From a virus (lineage: Duplodnaviria; Caudoviricetes), in the IMG/VR virus record IMGVR_UViG_3300005937_000010, positions 8,089 through 72,088 of that record: 64,000 nucleotides of DNA, one strand, 5' to 3'. Below the pieces are notes generated by a model, which was given only the letters and a program-made list of their open reading frames with translations, was not told the origin of the DNA and ran no database searches. How positions within the stretch are numbered: the stretch's first letter is position 1; the number at the start of each line of letters is the position of its first letter. Below, in pieces: positions 54,957-64,000 of this stretch. The translations under genes were made by a program, and so were the position numbers.

Positions 54957-56230
54957 GCGACTCCGATCCCTTGGTTATAAAGCTCCGTGATCTGCGCTTG
55001 TGACAAGGCGTAGTTCCAGACCCCTACCTCGTCAATCCTTCCATCGAACCACTGGCCACTGCTACCGCCAATCTCCAAAGCCGCCCCGCCTTGTAACAGA
55101 GGAAGGTTGCGTGCTTCGGCCGTCTGTACCAAGCTGCCGTTCACGTATGTTCGTATCTTGTCACCATCGAAGGTGGCTGCGACGAAGTACGTCGTGCCTG
55201 TGGAGATGAGCACCGGGCTTGTCGCATTGTTGTTGTACGCATCGCTAGTCACTACTTCGACGTAGACACTTCCGGCAGCGAGTGACAAGGCATAGACCCC
55301 GCCTTGGATGAGAATGCGCCGCAAGCCGCTCACCGTGTCAGGCCGAATCCACGCCGCCATCGACACATGATGAGTCGGACTGTTCGGTACCGAGTGTGGC
55401 GCAGAGAGGTAGTCATTGGTGCCGTCGAAGTCGAAGCAGCCGCCGCCTGCTGCCAAGCTGTGGATCAATCCCGGTGTGGCCACGGTCGCTACCCCGCCGT
55501 TGACCGTAGCGTTGTTCCCGTACCCTGACGTGTCATTGCCATCGGCTGCCGCAATGTAGTGGGCCACCGGCTGCGTGTTGCGCATAGCCTTGGCATAGTC
55601 GAGTACGTCCGTCACGCTGTTGTTGATCGTGATGTTGGCAGAAGTCGGCGCAGGCGTGATCCGCTTCAACTCGCGGAGCATCACCGCCACGTCCGGGGTG
55701 ATCGTGTTGAGGATCTGAACCTCGTAGGCGAAGTTGCGTACGTCCTCGTAGACGCGGTAGCTCGACTTGAGCGCGATGGTGTCCGCGTAGAGCGGACGGC
55801 CAGCGGAGTCCATGGCGATCCCATCCGTGCCGAAGCTCAACGACTCAGCGAACGTGGCGTTGATGTACTGCTCGATCACGCGGTCGCGGCGTGTGCGCGT
55901 GAACGGCCCCTTCTCGTACCTTGTCAGGATGGTCGCACGCCGGTATGCCTCCGGGACGCCGGACACGTAATCCGCAGGAATCGCCGGGATGCCAAGCATC
56001 TCCTCCCACTCTGGCATGTCGGCCACGTTCACCGTGCGTGGATCCAGGTTGATGTACCACTGTGCCAAGGCGTTGGCGATGTTGAGTTGCAGATGCTCCG
56101 CGAAGACATGTCGCACCTGGCCCCAGTACGAGAACTGATCCTCCGGGAACAGGCCCGGAGGCTCGTTGTCGATCAGGTCGCGCTCGATGTCGTAGTACAG
56201 GTCTTCGTCGGGAAGCGGATAGCTTGTCAT
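54953..56230 (-). CDS. Baseplate wedge/gpI-like protein with LamG (ConA-like) domain
   Basis: MPEWEEMLGIP; FDGTNDY, SMAAWIRP, FDGRIDEVGVWNYALS. Confidence 0.75.
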   Translation of the reverse strand: MTSYPLPDEDLYYDIERDLIDNEPPGLFPEDQFSYWGQVRHVFAEHLQLNIANALAQWYINLDPRTVNVADMPEWEEMLGIPAIPADYVSGVPEAYRRATILTRYEKGPFTRTRRDRVIEQYINATFAESLSFGTDGIAMDSAGRPLYADTIALKSSYRVYEDVRNFAYEVQILNTITPDVAVMLRELKRITPAPTSANITINNSVTDVLDYAKAMRNTQPVAHYIAAADGNDTSGYGNNATVNGGVATVATPGLIHSLAAGGGCFDFDGTNDYLSAPHSVPNSPTHHVSMAAWIRPDTVSGLRRILIQGGVYALSLAAGSVYVEVVTSDAYNNNATSPVLISTGTTYFVAATFDGDKIRTYVNGSLVQTAEARNLPLLQGGAALEIGGSSGQWFDGRIDEVGVWNYALSQAQITELYNQGIGVA

Positions 56231-57658
56231 CTAGTTCACCGTGATCGTGCCTGCGACGGCCTTGTGGTTGGCAGCAACGGGCACGTCGGCTGCGGGTGTG
56301 TTGACTACCAAGGTGGCGATGCCTGGCAAACCGAAGACGGCATGCGCGATCCCCTCGCGGTAGATCGTGCCGCCAACCGGCTGCGTGTTGATGTAGTCCT
56401 GGACGGCTCCGTTGACGGAGGCTGTCACGTCGGTCAAGCCGTAGCCCGGATAAAGCGTGAGCGTGACCGTGACGGCCACCACGTCCGACGTGAACGTGCC
56501 GACGTGGATGACGACGTTGGCGATGTCCCTGGCCGTCAGATCGGCCTGGACGGCTGCGATGGTGTCCGCAGTCGGAATCGCTCCGTTCGGCCCGGAGATG
56601 CGCACGGTGACATGCCCAACCGTGGGAGTGCCAAGATTGTCGTTCTCGATCACGGCCGCAGTCTCCACTCCGGCGATGGCCTCGGCCCACACCTTGAGGT
56701 CGAGCGCCGATCCTGACTTGGGAGCACGCACCCACTCTGCCAGCTTGGAGCGGTACTGCTCGATGTCCTCGTCATCGGAACCGTTCGTGAAAGCTGCCAA
56801 GTTGGTGACGGACGTGAGGCCGGGAAGGGTGGAGACGAAATCCGTGACCGTGCCGGGTGCAACGTTGTACTCCGTACCCGTCTCGTCCGATTCTGCCGTC
56901 ACCGTCAGGCGCTCTGCCGTGGACACTTCGGGCGGCAAGCCTGTCGCTGCCAAGCCACTGTCCTGGAGCGTTGTTGTGGAGTTGTTGTTGAGCGCCGCGT
57001 CGGCTCCCGTCACATGCTGCCAAGCTCCACCATCGACGCGCCGGTAGAGATGCCGCGCCGTCGTACCCGGCCCGCCAAGCGGGATGTTGGACAGGTCGAT
57101 CCTGCGGCTGGCCGCAACTGCCAAGGCATTGGAGACAGCACCGATGGTCGTCTCACCCTCGATGGTCAAGAACGTGACGGCGTATTCGTACGTGCCTGCT
57201 GCCAAGCTACCGGCGGCAGCATCCACTGTGGTCGGAGCCGTCGGGATCCCAGGATTCGGAAGCGTTCCGCCGACCGTGACGGAGAAGATCAGCGCTTCGT
57301 CGCTGGCCTGTGGTGCGGCAAGCTGCGTGTTGACCGGGACTGGCGTACCACCCTGACCGGAGACGAGTACCAAGCCGGTCGATGGCGTGCCACCCTTGAT
57401 CGGCCGTCCGAACATCTCGCCCTGGCGTAGCAGAGCCACGCCGCTGGCCGTCTGGATGAACATGTCGTTGTGGAGAAGCTGGTTTGCCAAGTACAGCCCC
57501 TCCACGCTCGTGGCCATCGTCGCCACCCATGCGTACCACACCGTGTCTGGAGTGAGGTTGGCATCCGGGAACCGAGCTTGAAGCGCGCCAGTAAGCTCAG
57601 CAACGATGGAGTCGCGGTTGCGGTAGACAACTTCTGCTTGCGCTGCCAAGCTACTCAC
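56231..57658 (-). CDS. Baseplate J-like protein
   Basis: GSDDEDIEQYR, SGSALDLKVWA, GHVTV motifs. Confidence 0.85.
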   Translation of the reverse strand: MSSLAAQAEVVYRNRDSIVAELTGALQARFPDANLTPDTVWYAWVATMATSVEGLYLANQLLHNDMFIQTASGVALLRQGEMFGRPIKGGTPSTGLVLVSGQGGTPVPVNTQLAAPQASDEALIFSVTVGGTLPNPGIPTAPTTVDAAAGSLAAGTYEYAVTFLTIEGETTIGAVSNALAVAASRRIDLSNIPLGGPGTTARHLYRRVDGGAWQHVTGADAALNNNSTTTLQDSGLAATGLPPEVSTAERLTVTAESDETGTEYNVAPGTVTDFVSTLPGLTSVTNLAAFTNGSDDEDIEQYRSKLAEWVRAPKSGSALDLKVWAEAIAGVETAAVIENDNLGTPTVGHVTVRISGPNGAIPTADTIAAVQADLTARDIANVVIHVGTFTSDVVAVTVTLTLYPGYGLTDVTASVNGAVQDYINTQPVGGTIYREGIAHAVFGLPGIATLVVNTPAADVPVAANHKAVAGTITVN

Positions 57659-58046
57659 CCACTCCCAGGGTTGTCGTTGTCGTCAGAGCGTCGGCCGGAT
57701 CCTCGCTGTCTTCGATCATCGCATACGTGATCGTGATGTTCACCTTGCGAGAATCGTCTTCGTCTATCGAGACTGACACGTCATGGACGATGATGTCTGT
57801 CATCGGCTCCAACGCCTCACGCACGGTAAGCTCAGCCGTCTGCTGCGCTCGCGTGTCCGGCATCCGCAGCATGTCGTAGAGACGACTGCCAAGCGACGGA
57901 TCAACGTCCCACATTCCGTAGTGGACACGAAGGCGCACACGAATCCGCTGTTCAACCACGCCCTGCCCGGTGCGCACACTCAAGTCCGAGTTGGGCGAAA
58001 CGATCAGGTCGCCCGTGTTGTAGTCGATGGCGAGGTCGGTTGCCAA
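57651..58046 (-). CDS. Baseplate gp25/gpW-like protein
   Basis: QRIRVRL...GMW...LGSRL...VREALEP. Confidence 0.75.
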   Translation of the reverse strand: MATDLAIDYNTGDLIVSPNSDLSVRTGQGVVEQRIRVRLRVHYGMWDVDPSLGSRLYDMLRMPDTRAQQTAELTVREALEPMTDIIVHDVSVSIDEDDSRKVNITITYAMIEDSEDPADALTTTTTLGVGE

Positions 58047-58047
58047 G

Positions 58048-58464
58048 CTATACCTCCCCTAGCCAGTAGTCCTTGCTCTGGATCACGCCGACGCACATCG
58101 GGAAGCGGAAGGAACCACGAGGGTTGAGCACGCAGACCATCTGCCCAACGCTTGGCACGATGACCGTCGTGTGGAAGGCGTCGTTCTTCTGTGTCTTGTC
58201 ACCACGGTGCTCCTTGCGTGTGACCCATGGGCTACCCGGTGACTCGTTGCCGAGAGGCACCGAGTCCATGTACTCAAAGCTGTGGCCGAAGTAGACGAGT
58301 GGGATTGCCAAGTCACCAAACTCCTTCAACCACACGAGCTTCTTGACGGCATCGCGCTTGACGACTTTGCCGAACGTGACTTCGCGTGGCTTGGCCTCGC
58401 GACGGATCGCATCGTAGATGGCGTTCCAGATACCGCTTGGCAGTTCGGTGAATGTCATACTCAC
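58048..58464 (-). CDS. Baseplate spike/gpV-like protein
   Basis: FGKVV and PSVGQMV OB-like motifs; position after hub. Confidence 0.55.
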   Translation of the reverse strand: MSMTFTELPSGIWNAIYDAIRREAKPREVTFGKVVKRDAVKKLVWLKEFGDLAIPLVYFGHSFEYMDSVPLGNESPGSPWVTRKEHRGDKTQKNDAFHTTVIVPSVGQMVCVLNPRGSFRFPMCVGVIQSKDYWLGEV

Positions 58465-61400
58465 GATGTCGGTTTCACTCCCCAGTAGGCACAGATGCCT
58501 CGGTAGATCGCCTTGCCAAGCTCATTGCGCTTGGTATCGAGATATGTCCCATCGCTGGAACGACCGCACTCCAGAATGACGGCTGCCTTGGCATTCGGGA
58601 CGTGATTCACGTTGTCCGGCGCTGCACGTAGATCGCTTCCCCAGGCGTAGTAGCCCCATCCAGTCGCACCGGCTGGCGTGCCACCGAAGCCGGTGTTGTC
58701 CGTCAGACGGGATGGTGCGCCCTCGATCTTGAGAATCTCGGCAGCGATGGCGTCAGCAAGCTTGGCAGATTCCGTAGACATAGCTTGCGGTCGCCCGTCC
58801 GTCGCCCCCCTCGTATAGCCAAAGAAGAATCCGCTTCCGGCGGTACCCCGATCATAGTGGATCGAGACGAACAACGAGCCGTTGTAGTCGATGTCGTCTG
58901 CGGCAGCCGCCGTAGCCCCCGCGCTCGCGTCCCAGGAAGTTCCCTTGGCAGGATAGAAGCCAGGCATGGCATCGAACAGAGCAAGAACACGATCACGCAC
59001 TTGGACGGTGAACTCCGCTTCGCCAACGGCCCCGCTCTGAGTCTCATGGCCGTACGGCTGATCGTCGTGTGTGCCCTTGTCATGTCCAGCCTGGATCATC
59101 AAATAGTTGCCCACTGTGGGGAAGTCGTCTCCAGGATTCGGGTTGGCCCTACCAGCCGTCGTCCCGGCCGGATCGCGGGTGACAACCGCGTCCTTCCAGT
59201 CCACGAGACGGCGAGCGCCGATGTAGTGGCTGTCGTAGTAGCCGTTGTTGATGCTGCTGACCTTGACCACATCGCCGGTCGATGGATCGTGAACCATCCT
59301 CCCATCGCCCATGTATAGGCCAACGTGCTGCGGCAGGTTGTCACCGTGATCGAAGAACACGAGGTCGCCAATGAGCAGAGCATCCTTGGCAGGAGCAGGG
59401 AAGCGACCTTTCTCGTAGAGCGTGAATGTCGTCTCTCCGTGGCTCTTGCCGGACACTGGCTCGTCCAGCTTGGCACGCAGATCGGCAGATGCCGCCGCAT
59501 ATGCAGCAGTGACGAAGCTGGAACAGTCGTAATACGGGCCTGTGCCTCCCCACTCGTACGGATCGCCGCGCCGACGCAAAGCGAAGTTGATCGCCTTCTT
59601 GATGACATCCGGCGTGTTGGCAGGAGCCTCGTACGTCACCCCGTCGATGGTCGTCTTCGTCTGTGTGCCGACCGGCAACGTCTGTGAGGCCGACACCACC
59701 GTCTGCGCAACCGAGAGCCAGCGCTGATCTACCAAGCCCATCACGGCGTTGGCGTACTTGGCATTGGCGTCTGGATCCCGGCTCCCGTAATAGCGCTCGA
59801 TCCCGATGCGAATGGTCTTGGGATCATTCGGGTTAGCGGCTGGCGGATTGTCCAGCTTGTCAGCCAACGCACGCGCAGCCGCCCGGATGTTAGAGCGAGG
59901 ATTCCAGCGGCCACCCTCAAGCTCATCGTGCTTGGCAGCCCCATTCCAACCGTACTCGTCCGCCCACTGCTTGTAACCACGACTGACAAGCTGCATCGGC
60001 CCGACTGCCGTATCCGAGTCGGGATAGCGAGGACTGTCCGGGTTCTCCTTGTTGTTGGAGAACGTCAGCGAATACTTGTGACGAACATCGACACCTGACG
60101 GCTTGATCGGGCCAGCATGCGCACCCTCCGGCGTCTCGGCCTGCACCCCGATGGGATTGTCCCTCCAGTCGCCCGTGTTCTGCTTGAACTGGTCAAAGGA
60201 CTTCCAGATCACATGGTTGATCGCGCCCTCTGTCGTGCCACGGACGTTGGTGAAGTTCGACTCGTGCTCACAGATCGCCAAGAGGACTGCCAAGAAGGTG
60301 GCGTAGTCCCAACCCTTGTCCGATCCCCATTCAGTTGCCGCCTGCTGGAAGGCATCGGCCCAAGGGAGCGGACGGCCGTCCGGCAGCGTGGCCTGCGAGA
60401 GAATGGCTTGCATAGAGCTTGGCACTTGTCTGTCGGCAGGCTCGTTCGGCTGGTTGATCTTGGGAGGATCGGGCACACGCTTGCTGACGGCAAAGCCCTT
60501 CTCGCGCAGACGCACGATCTGCGTGAAGCCGTCCGGGCCACCGATCCGTGACACGCCAACGACGAAGTAGAGGCCGTTCAGGTGCATGAGCGGGGGAGGC
60601 AAGTGCAAGCGTGCCATCTGATTCTGCGCGTAGACCTGGCCGTGGTCGTGAACGCCAAGCTCGATCTGATACGCGCCGACGATGGACTCGTAGACTTCCT
60701 CGTCCGCGTCCTCTCTGGCCTCGATGTTCGACTTGGCAGTGCTCGACGTGATGATCGAGAGCGGCTTGCGCAGCCAGTTCTTGATCGTCGGGTCACGCGA
60801 CTTGGCATAGAACGGGGTGCCGGTCTTCTGATCCTCCCCGAACACCCACACTTCCGCCTTGCGCTGCTTGCTCGTATGCACGGAGACGACTTCCGGCATA
60901 TCCCACACGCCGCGCGTGTCACCCTTGGCAGCTTGGCCGAAGAAGTACGAAGCCTTGTCACTGTGGTTGAGTTGAGTAACGTGAAGCTGCCCTAGTGGGC
61001 CAGTCCAGATGAACATGTCACGCATGCGGGCGATGCGGTACCAAAGCTCCCACTCCGTCTCCCCGCCGTTGGAGATGAGAGTGCCAATCTCGCGCATCCC
61101 GTGGATGGTCGTGTTCGTCAGGCCGATGGCGTGTGCCCGATCCCGGATGAACTCGCGCGGCCGGACGTGCTTCCATTTCCCTGGCGCAACGTCGGAGTCA
61201 ACTGCCAAGGCCGACATGTCGCGCCCGGACAGGCTGTGGACGAAATCCCCCGTGTTGAACGAGATGTCGTCCACGATTCCCGTGAAGATCGGACGCGCCT
61301 TGCCCGACGGGCCTGCCAAGTAGATCGTGGCGCGCGTCTCCACGTCGCGGTCGGTCAGGTACATGAACTCTGCGTGCGGATCACCGAGGGTGAGACTGAA

Positions 61401-61523
61401 CGAATCGACATCCCTGTCGAGCGCCGTCTCGGTCTGAAAGCTTGTCAGTTGACGCACAGGAAACTGGCGCGTGGCTCCACGTCCGAGAGTCGTCTGCAAC
61501 ATGGCGTAGGCAGAACGATGCAT
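58461..61523 (-). CDS. Baseplate hub fused to SLT-like, NlpC/P60 and Amidase_3 domains
   Basis: AICEHESNF...GPMQL; PYEWGG...DCSSF...HVGLY; IQAGHD...SIHYD...ILECG. Confidence 0.8.
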   Translation of the reverse strand: MHRSAYAMLQTTLGRGATRQFPVRQLTSFQTETALDRDVDSFSLTLGDPHAEFMYLTDRDVETRATIYLAGPSGKARPIFTGIVDDISFNTGDFVHSLSGRDMSALAVDSDVAPGKWKHVRPREFIRDRAHAIGLTNTTIHGMREIGTLISNGGETEWELWYRIARMRDMFIWTGPLGQLHVTQLNHSDKASYFFGQAAKGDTRGVWDMPEVVSVHTSKQRKAEVWVFGEDQKTGTPFYAKSRDPTIKNWLRKPLSIITSSTAKSNIEAREDADEEVYESIVGAYQIELGVHDHGQVYAQNQMARLHLPPPLMHLNGLYFVVGVSRIGGPDGFTQIVRLREKGFAVSKRVPDPPKINQPNEPADRQVPSSMQAILSQATLPDGRPLPWADAFQQAATEWGSDKGWDYATFLAVLLAICEHESNFTNVRGTTEGAINHVIWKSFDQFKQNTGDWRDNPIGVQAETPEGAHAGPIKPSGVDVRHKYSLTFSNNKENPDSPRYPDSDTAVGPMQLVSRGYKQWADEYGWNGAAKHDELEGGRWNPRSNIRAAARALADKLDNPPAANPNDPKTIRIGIERYYGSRDPDANAKYANAVMGLVDQRWLSVAQTVVSASQTLPVGTQTKTTIDGVTYEAPANTPDVIKKAINFALRRRGDPYEWGGTGPYYDCSSFVTAAYAAASADLRAKLDEPVSGKSHGETTFTLYEKGRFPAPAKDALLIGDLVFFDHGDNLPQHVGLYMGDGRMVHDPSTGDVVKVSSINNGYYDSHYIGARRLVDWKDAVVTRDPAGTTAGRANPNPGDDFPTVGNYLMIQAGHDKGTHDDQPYGHETQSGAVGEAEFTVQVRDRVLALFDAMPGFYPAKGTSWDASAGATAAAADDIDYNGSLFVSIHYDRGTAGSGFFFGYTRGATDGRPQAMSTESAKLADAIAAEILKIEGAPSRLTDNTGFGGTPAGATGWGYYAWGSDLRAAPDNVNHVPNAKAAVILECGRSSDGTYLDTKRNELGKAIYRGICAYWGVKPTS

Positions 61524-62302
61524 TACCAGTAAAGTCTCGTCCCGAGAGGGATGTGATAGTCAGGCACCTTGGCAGTAACGATGCCCTTCTTACGAAACCA
61601 CTTCTCGTTCTTGTCGTAGATCACTTGCCACTTCGCAGCACTGCCAAGCTTCCAGGCTGCGATCTTGCGCAGCGTGTTGTGCTTGGAATCGACCTTGAGG
61701 CTGCGAGCGCCAGGCTGTGCTCTCCCGGTACCGGGCGCACGGGGAACCTCCAACTGTGGCACGTCATCGGACTTCCCGGCCCCCTTGGTAAGACCGATGC
61801 GCACGAACTCGATTTCGTACGTGAGGTCTTGGCTGTTGTCCTCCATCGCGTGGCTGAACCTGGCGCGGGCTACCACCACACGCTGCGCGTAGGCCAGGAT
61901 GTGCGGGACGTACAGAATCTTGCCAAGCTTGGGTGTCTTCTCGTAGACGATCTGCCGGAGCGCACGCAGGTTGTCCGGGCCGCTCAATCCGGGGAAGTTC
62001 CCGGACATCAAGAAGCGCTCCTCGCCAAGATGTGTCACGTCAACGGCTACGGCATTGTCTCCAATGAAGCGATGAATGCCAAGCTGTGGCTCGATGGTGA
62101 GGTCGAACGACTCCAGGCCAAGCGGCCAGATGAACGCAGGGCCGTTGAACTGAGAGCTTGTCGCCAGCCACGGCCGGTAGAAGTGGACGCCGGGGTTCGT
62201 GATGTAGCTGGCAGTGTCGTTCTTGGCACCCCGGTCGAGGTACGGATTCCACGGTGCCTTGCTGTTGGCCTTGGAAAGCTTGAATGGGAAGCTCTGTGGC
62301 AT
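61523..62302 (-). CDS. Tail-tube initiator-like protein with C-terminal LysM-like domain
   Basis: NTLRKIAAWKLGSAAKWQVIYDKN...IPLGTRL. Confidence 0.65.
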   Translation of the reverse strand: MPQSFPFKLSKANSKAPWNPYLDRGAKNDTASYITNPGVHFYRPWLATSSQFNGPAFIWPLGLESFDLTIEPQLGIHRFIGDNAVAVDVTHLGEERFLMSGNFPGLSGPDNLRALRQIVYEKTPKLGKILYVPHILAYAQRVVVARARFSHAMEDNSQDLTYEIEFVRIGLTKGAGKSDDVPQLEVPRAPGTGRAQPGARSLKVDSKHNTLRKIAAWKLGSAAKWQVIYDKNEKWFRKKGIVTAKVPDYHIPLGTRLYW

Positions 62303-64000
62303 CAGGGTGTCCTACTCTGAGATGTGGTTGCTGCGCCTCCCTGGGCGCGTGACTTGCCCTTGTACGTCGGCGCAGGCTTGGCAACCGTGAACTTCATGGG
62401 CAGTCCCTTCTTCGTCTCCACCGTGATCGTACGGCCCTGCGCGTCCACGAGCCTGATCGTGAACTGTTGATGCACGTCAGCCGCCGTCATGCGGATAGCC
62501 ACCGGATCGCCAATCCCGCGCTTGTGGTAAGCGTTCTCGATGTCCTTGGTGACGCCCCAACTCAGATGGCCCTTCTCCATGAGCAGCTTGGTAAGCGACT
62601 CACTCGGAGCAATCTTCTGCTGCCAATCGACCGGCAGCGCTCCACCCTTGCCAACCCGGCTGCGGTAGAAGTCGTAGCCTGCGGCGACGAACGGAGCCGC
62701 CACGGCAGTCGCAGCCGCCGTCGATGCCAAGCCGCCTGCCGGGATGATCGGCGGAACTCGCTTGGCCCAACGCTTGAAGAAGCCTGGCGTGCCAGGAGTC
62801 GTCGGAGCGTTCGGCCCCATGCCACCGGACGGCCCGCCGACCATCCAGGAAACCGGGTGGATGATGACCCAAAACGGATTGGCGCGCGTACCGTCTGTCG
62901 CGGCTCCTGCCAAGACGTTCTGCGCCGACTCCGTGGCAAGTAGCCCGCCGACAAGCTCCTGTCCCGGTGATCCTCCAAGCCTGCGATTGCGCAGCGCCTT
63001 CAAGATCCGGGCACCCTTGTAGACTGCCAAACCACCGAACAGGCTGCCAAGTGCAACCTGCGTGGCCGTGCGATGCTCCGTGACGGCATCCGCGAGCGCG
63101 CCGACCGGAGGAGCCACGACATGCTCAAGCGGCCACTGGATCCCGCGTGCCAAGCCGAGGTTGAGATTGGCCCGCTGCTGATTGAACCTTGTCAGGGTGT
63201 TCTGCCTCTGGAACTCCTCCTCACGAGCACGCACGGCGTTGGCCTTGGTTGCAGCCTGTTGCGCTCTGAGGTAGTCCTTGAGTCCCTTGACGCCATCCTG
63301 TCCAAGAAGGGCGATAAACTGACGCACGGATTCCTGCCTGCCAAGCGCTTGATAGAGCAGCGTGCGGTTGATCCCGGTGGCCCCCGACGCCGCGATGGCT
63401 TCCTCGTCCGTCATCTCCTCGTTGAACAGGGCCGTTCGATTCCTGATCCGCGCGCCTCGCGGAGCGATGCGCTCCATCATCTGCAAGAGCACCTTCATTC
63501 CACCCATGCGTGCCAAGGCATTGGGATCACTTGGTAGCCCCATGGCTTGATACGCCTTGATCTGCTCCTTGGTCTGCGGGTGCAGCAACGAGCTACCAAG
63601 CAACTGCGCAATCCCGCGACCAAGGACTCCGGCCGAACCGCCCGCCTTACCTGCTTGGCCCCACACGGCGAATGCCTGCTCAGGTGTCATCCTGGCAGTT
63701 TGCGCAGCCTGCCCGATGCGCCCGATGTCACGAGCTACGTCGCGGCCAGTGACGTTCGGCGTCGAGGCCAGCATGTACGAGATGAGGTTGGCAACACGGT
63801 TTGTCTGTCGCCCGATGGTTCCCGGTCGGCGGGTCGCAATCTGCGGGTCGATCTGATTGACAAGCGACGCGATGCCACCTGCCAAGACCTGCGGATCGCC
63901 CGCTTCGGTGCCAAGCATGGCTCCCAGGCGGGCTACCTCGTCCACGAAACCCGTCATCGCCGCCATGCGCTGACCCTGCGGGACGTTGGAGAACGTGGAG
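62302..64000 (-). CDS. Tape measure protein, C-terminal part (start off window)
   Basis: Long Ala/Gly/Leu helical ORF still open at 64000; upstream of LysM and hub genes. Confidence 0.75.
   Translation of the reverse strand, partial: STFSNVPQGQRMAAMTGFVDEVARLGAMLGTEAGDPQVLAGGIASLVNQIDPQIATRRPGTIGRQTNRVANLISYMLASTPNVTGRDVARDIGRIGQAAQTARMTPEQAFAVWGQAGKAGGSAGVLGRGIAQLLGSSLLHPQTKEQIKAYQAMGLPSDPNALARMGGMKVLLQMMERIAPRGARIRNRTALFNEEMTDEEAIAASGATGINRTLLYQALGRQESVRQFIALLGQDGVKGLKDYLRAQQAATKANAVRAREEEFQRQNTLTRFNQQRANLNLGLARGIQWPLEHVVAPPVGALADAVTEHRTATQVALGSLFGGLAVYKGARILKALRNRRLGGSPGQELVGGLLATESAQNVLAGAATDGTRANPFWVIIHPVSWMVGGPSGGMGPNAPTTPGTPGFFKRWAKRVPPIIPAGGLASTAAATAVAAPFVAAGYDFYRSRVGKGGALPVDWQQKIAPSESLTKLLMEKGHLSWGVTKDIENAYHKRGIGDPVAIRMTAADVHQQFTIRLVDAQGRTITVETKKGLPMKFTVAKPAPTYKGKSRAQGGAATTSQSRTP

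Overview
The window is most of a high-GC, contractile-tailed (myovirus-like) bacteriophage genome, probably infecting an actinobacterium (actinophage-type amidase endolysin and holin, Rpf-like protein, DnaE). No host genes, integrase, tRNA, CRISPR array or reverse transcriptase were recognised. Almost all genes are on the minus strand. From 64 kb downwards: tape measure (partial), baseplate and fibres, lysis cassette, Rpf-like protein, a replication/recombination module (Hfq-like, DnaB, primase, SSB, HU, DnaE, LAGLIDADG, RecA, Cas4-like, Toprim, RuvC, SF2 helicase, HIRAN), early genes, a probable genome end near 17.4-17.8 kb, then terminase, portal, capsid and fibre genes. The main signals sit outside the gene list. 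(1) The 7-mer TGCCAAG/CTTGGCA occurs about every 200 bp on both strands, roughly 40-fold above expectation by hand count, with a partly phased cluster over the promoter of a histone-H1-like gene. (2) Six consecutive protamine-like micro-ORFs lie between portal and scaffold. (3) A ~7 kb early region (17.8-24.8 kb) is almost free of GATC/TCGA and similar words. (4) A CCCGAA(A)C element precedes the ribosome-binding site of about 12 non-structural genes, and a candidate complementary small RNA sits just upstream of an Hfq-like gene. All counts are by eye and all family calls come from motif recognition, not database searches.
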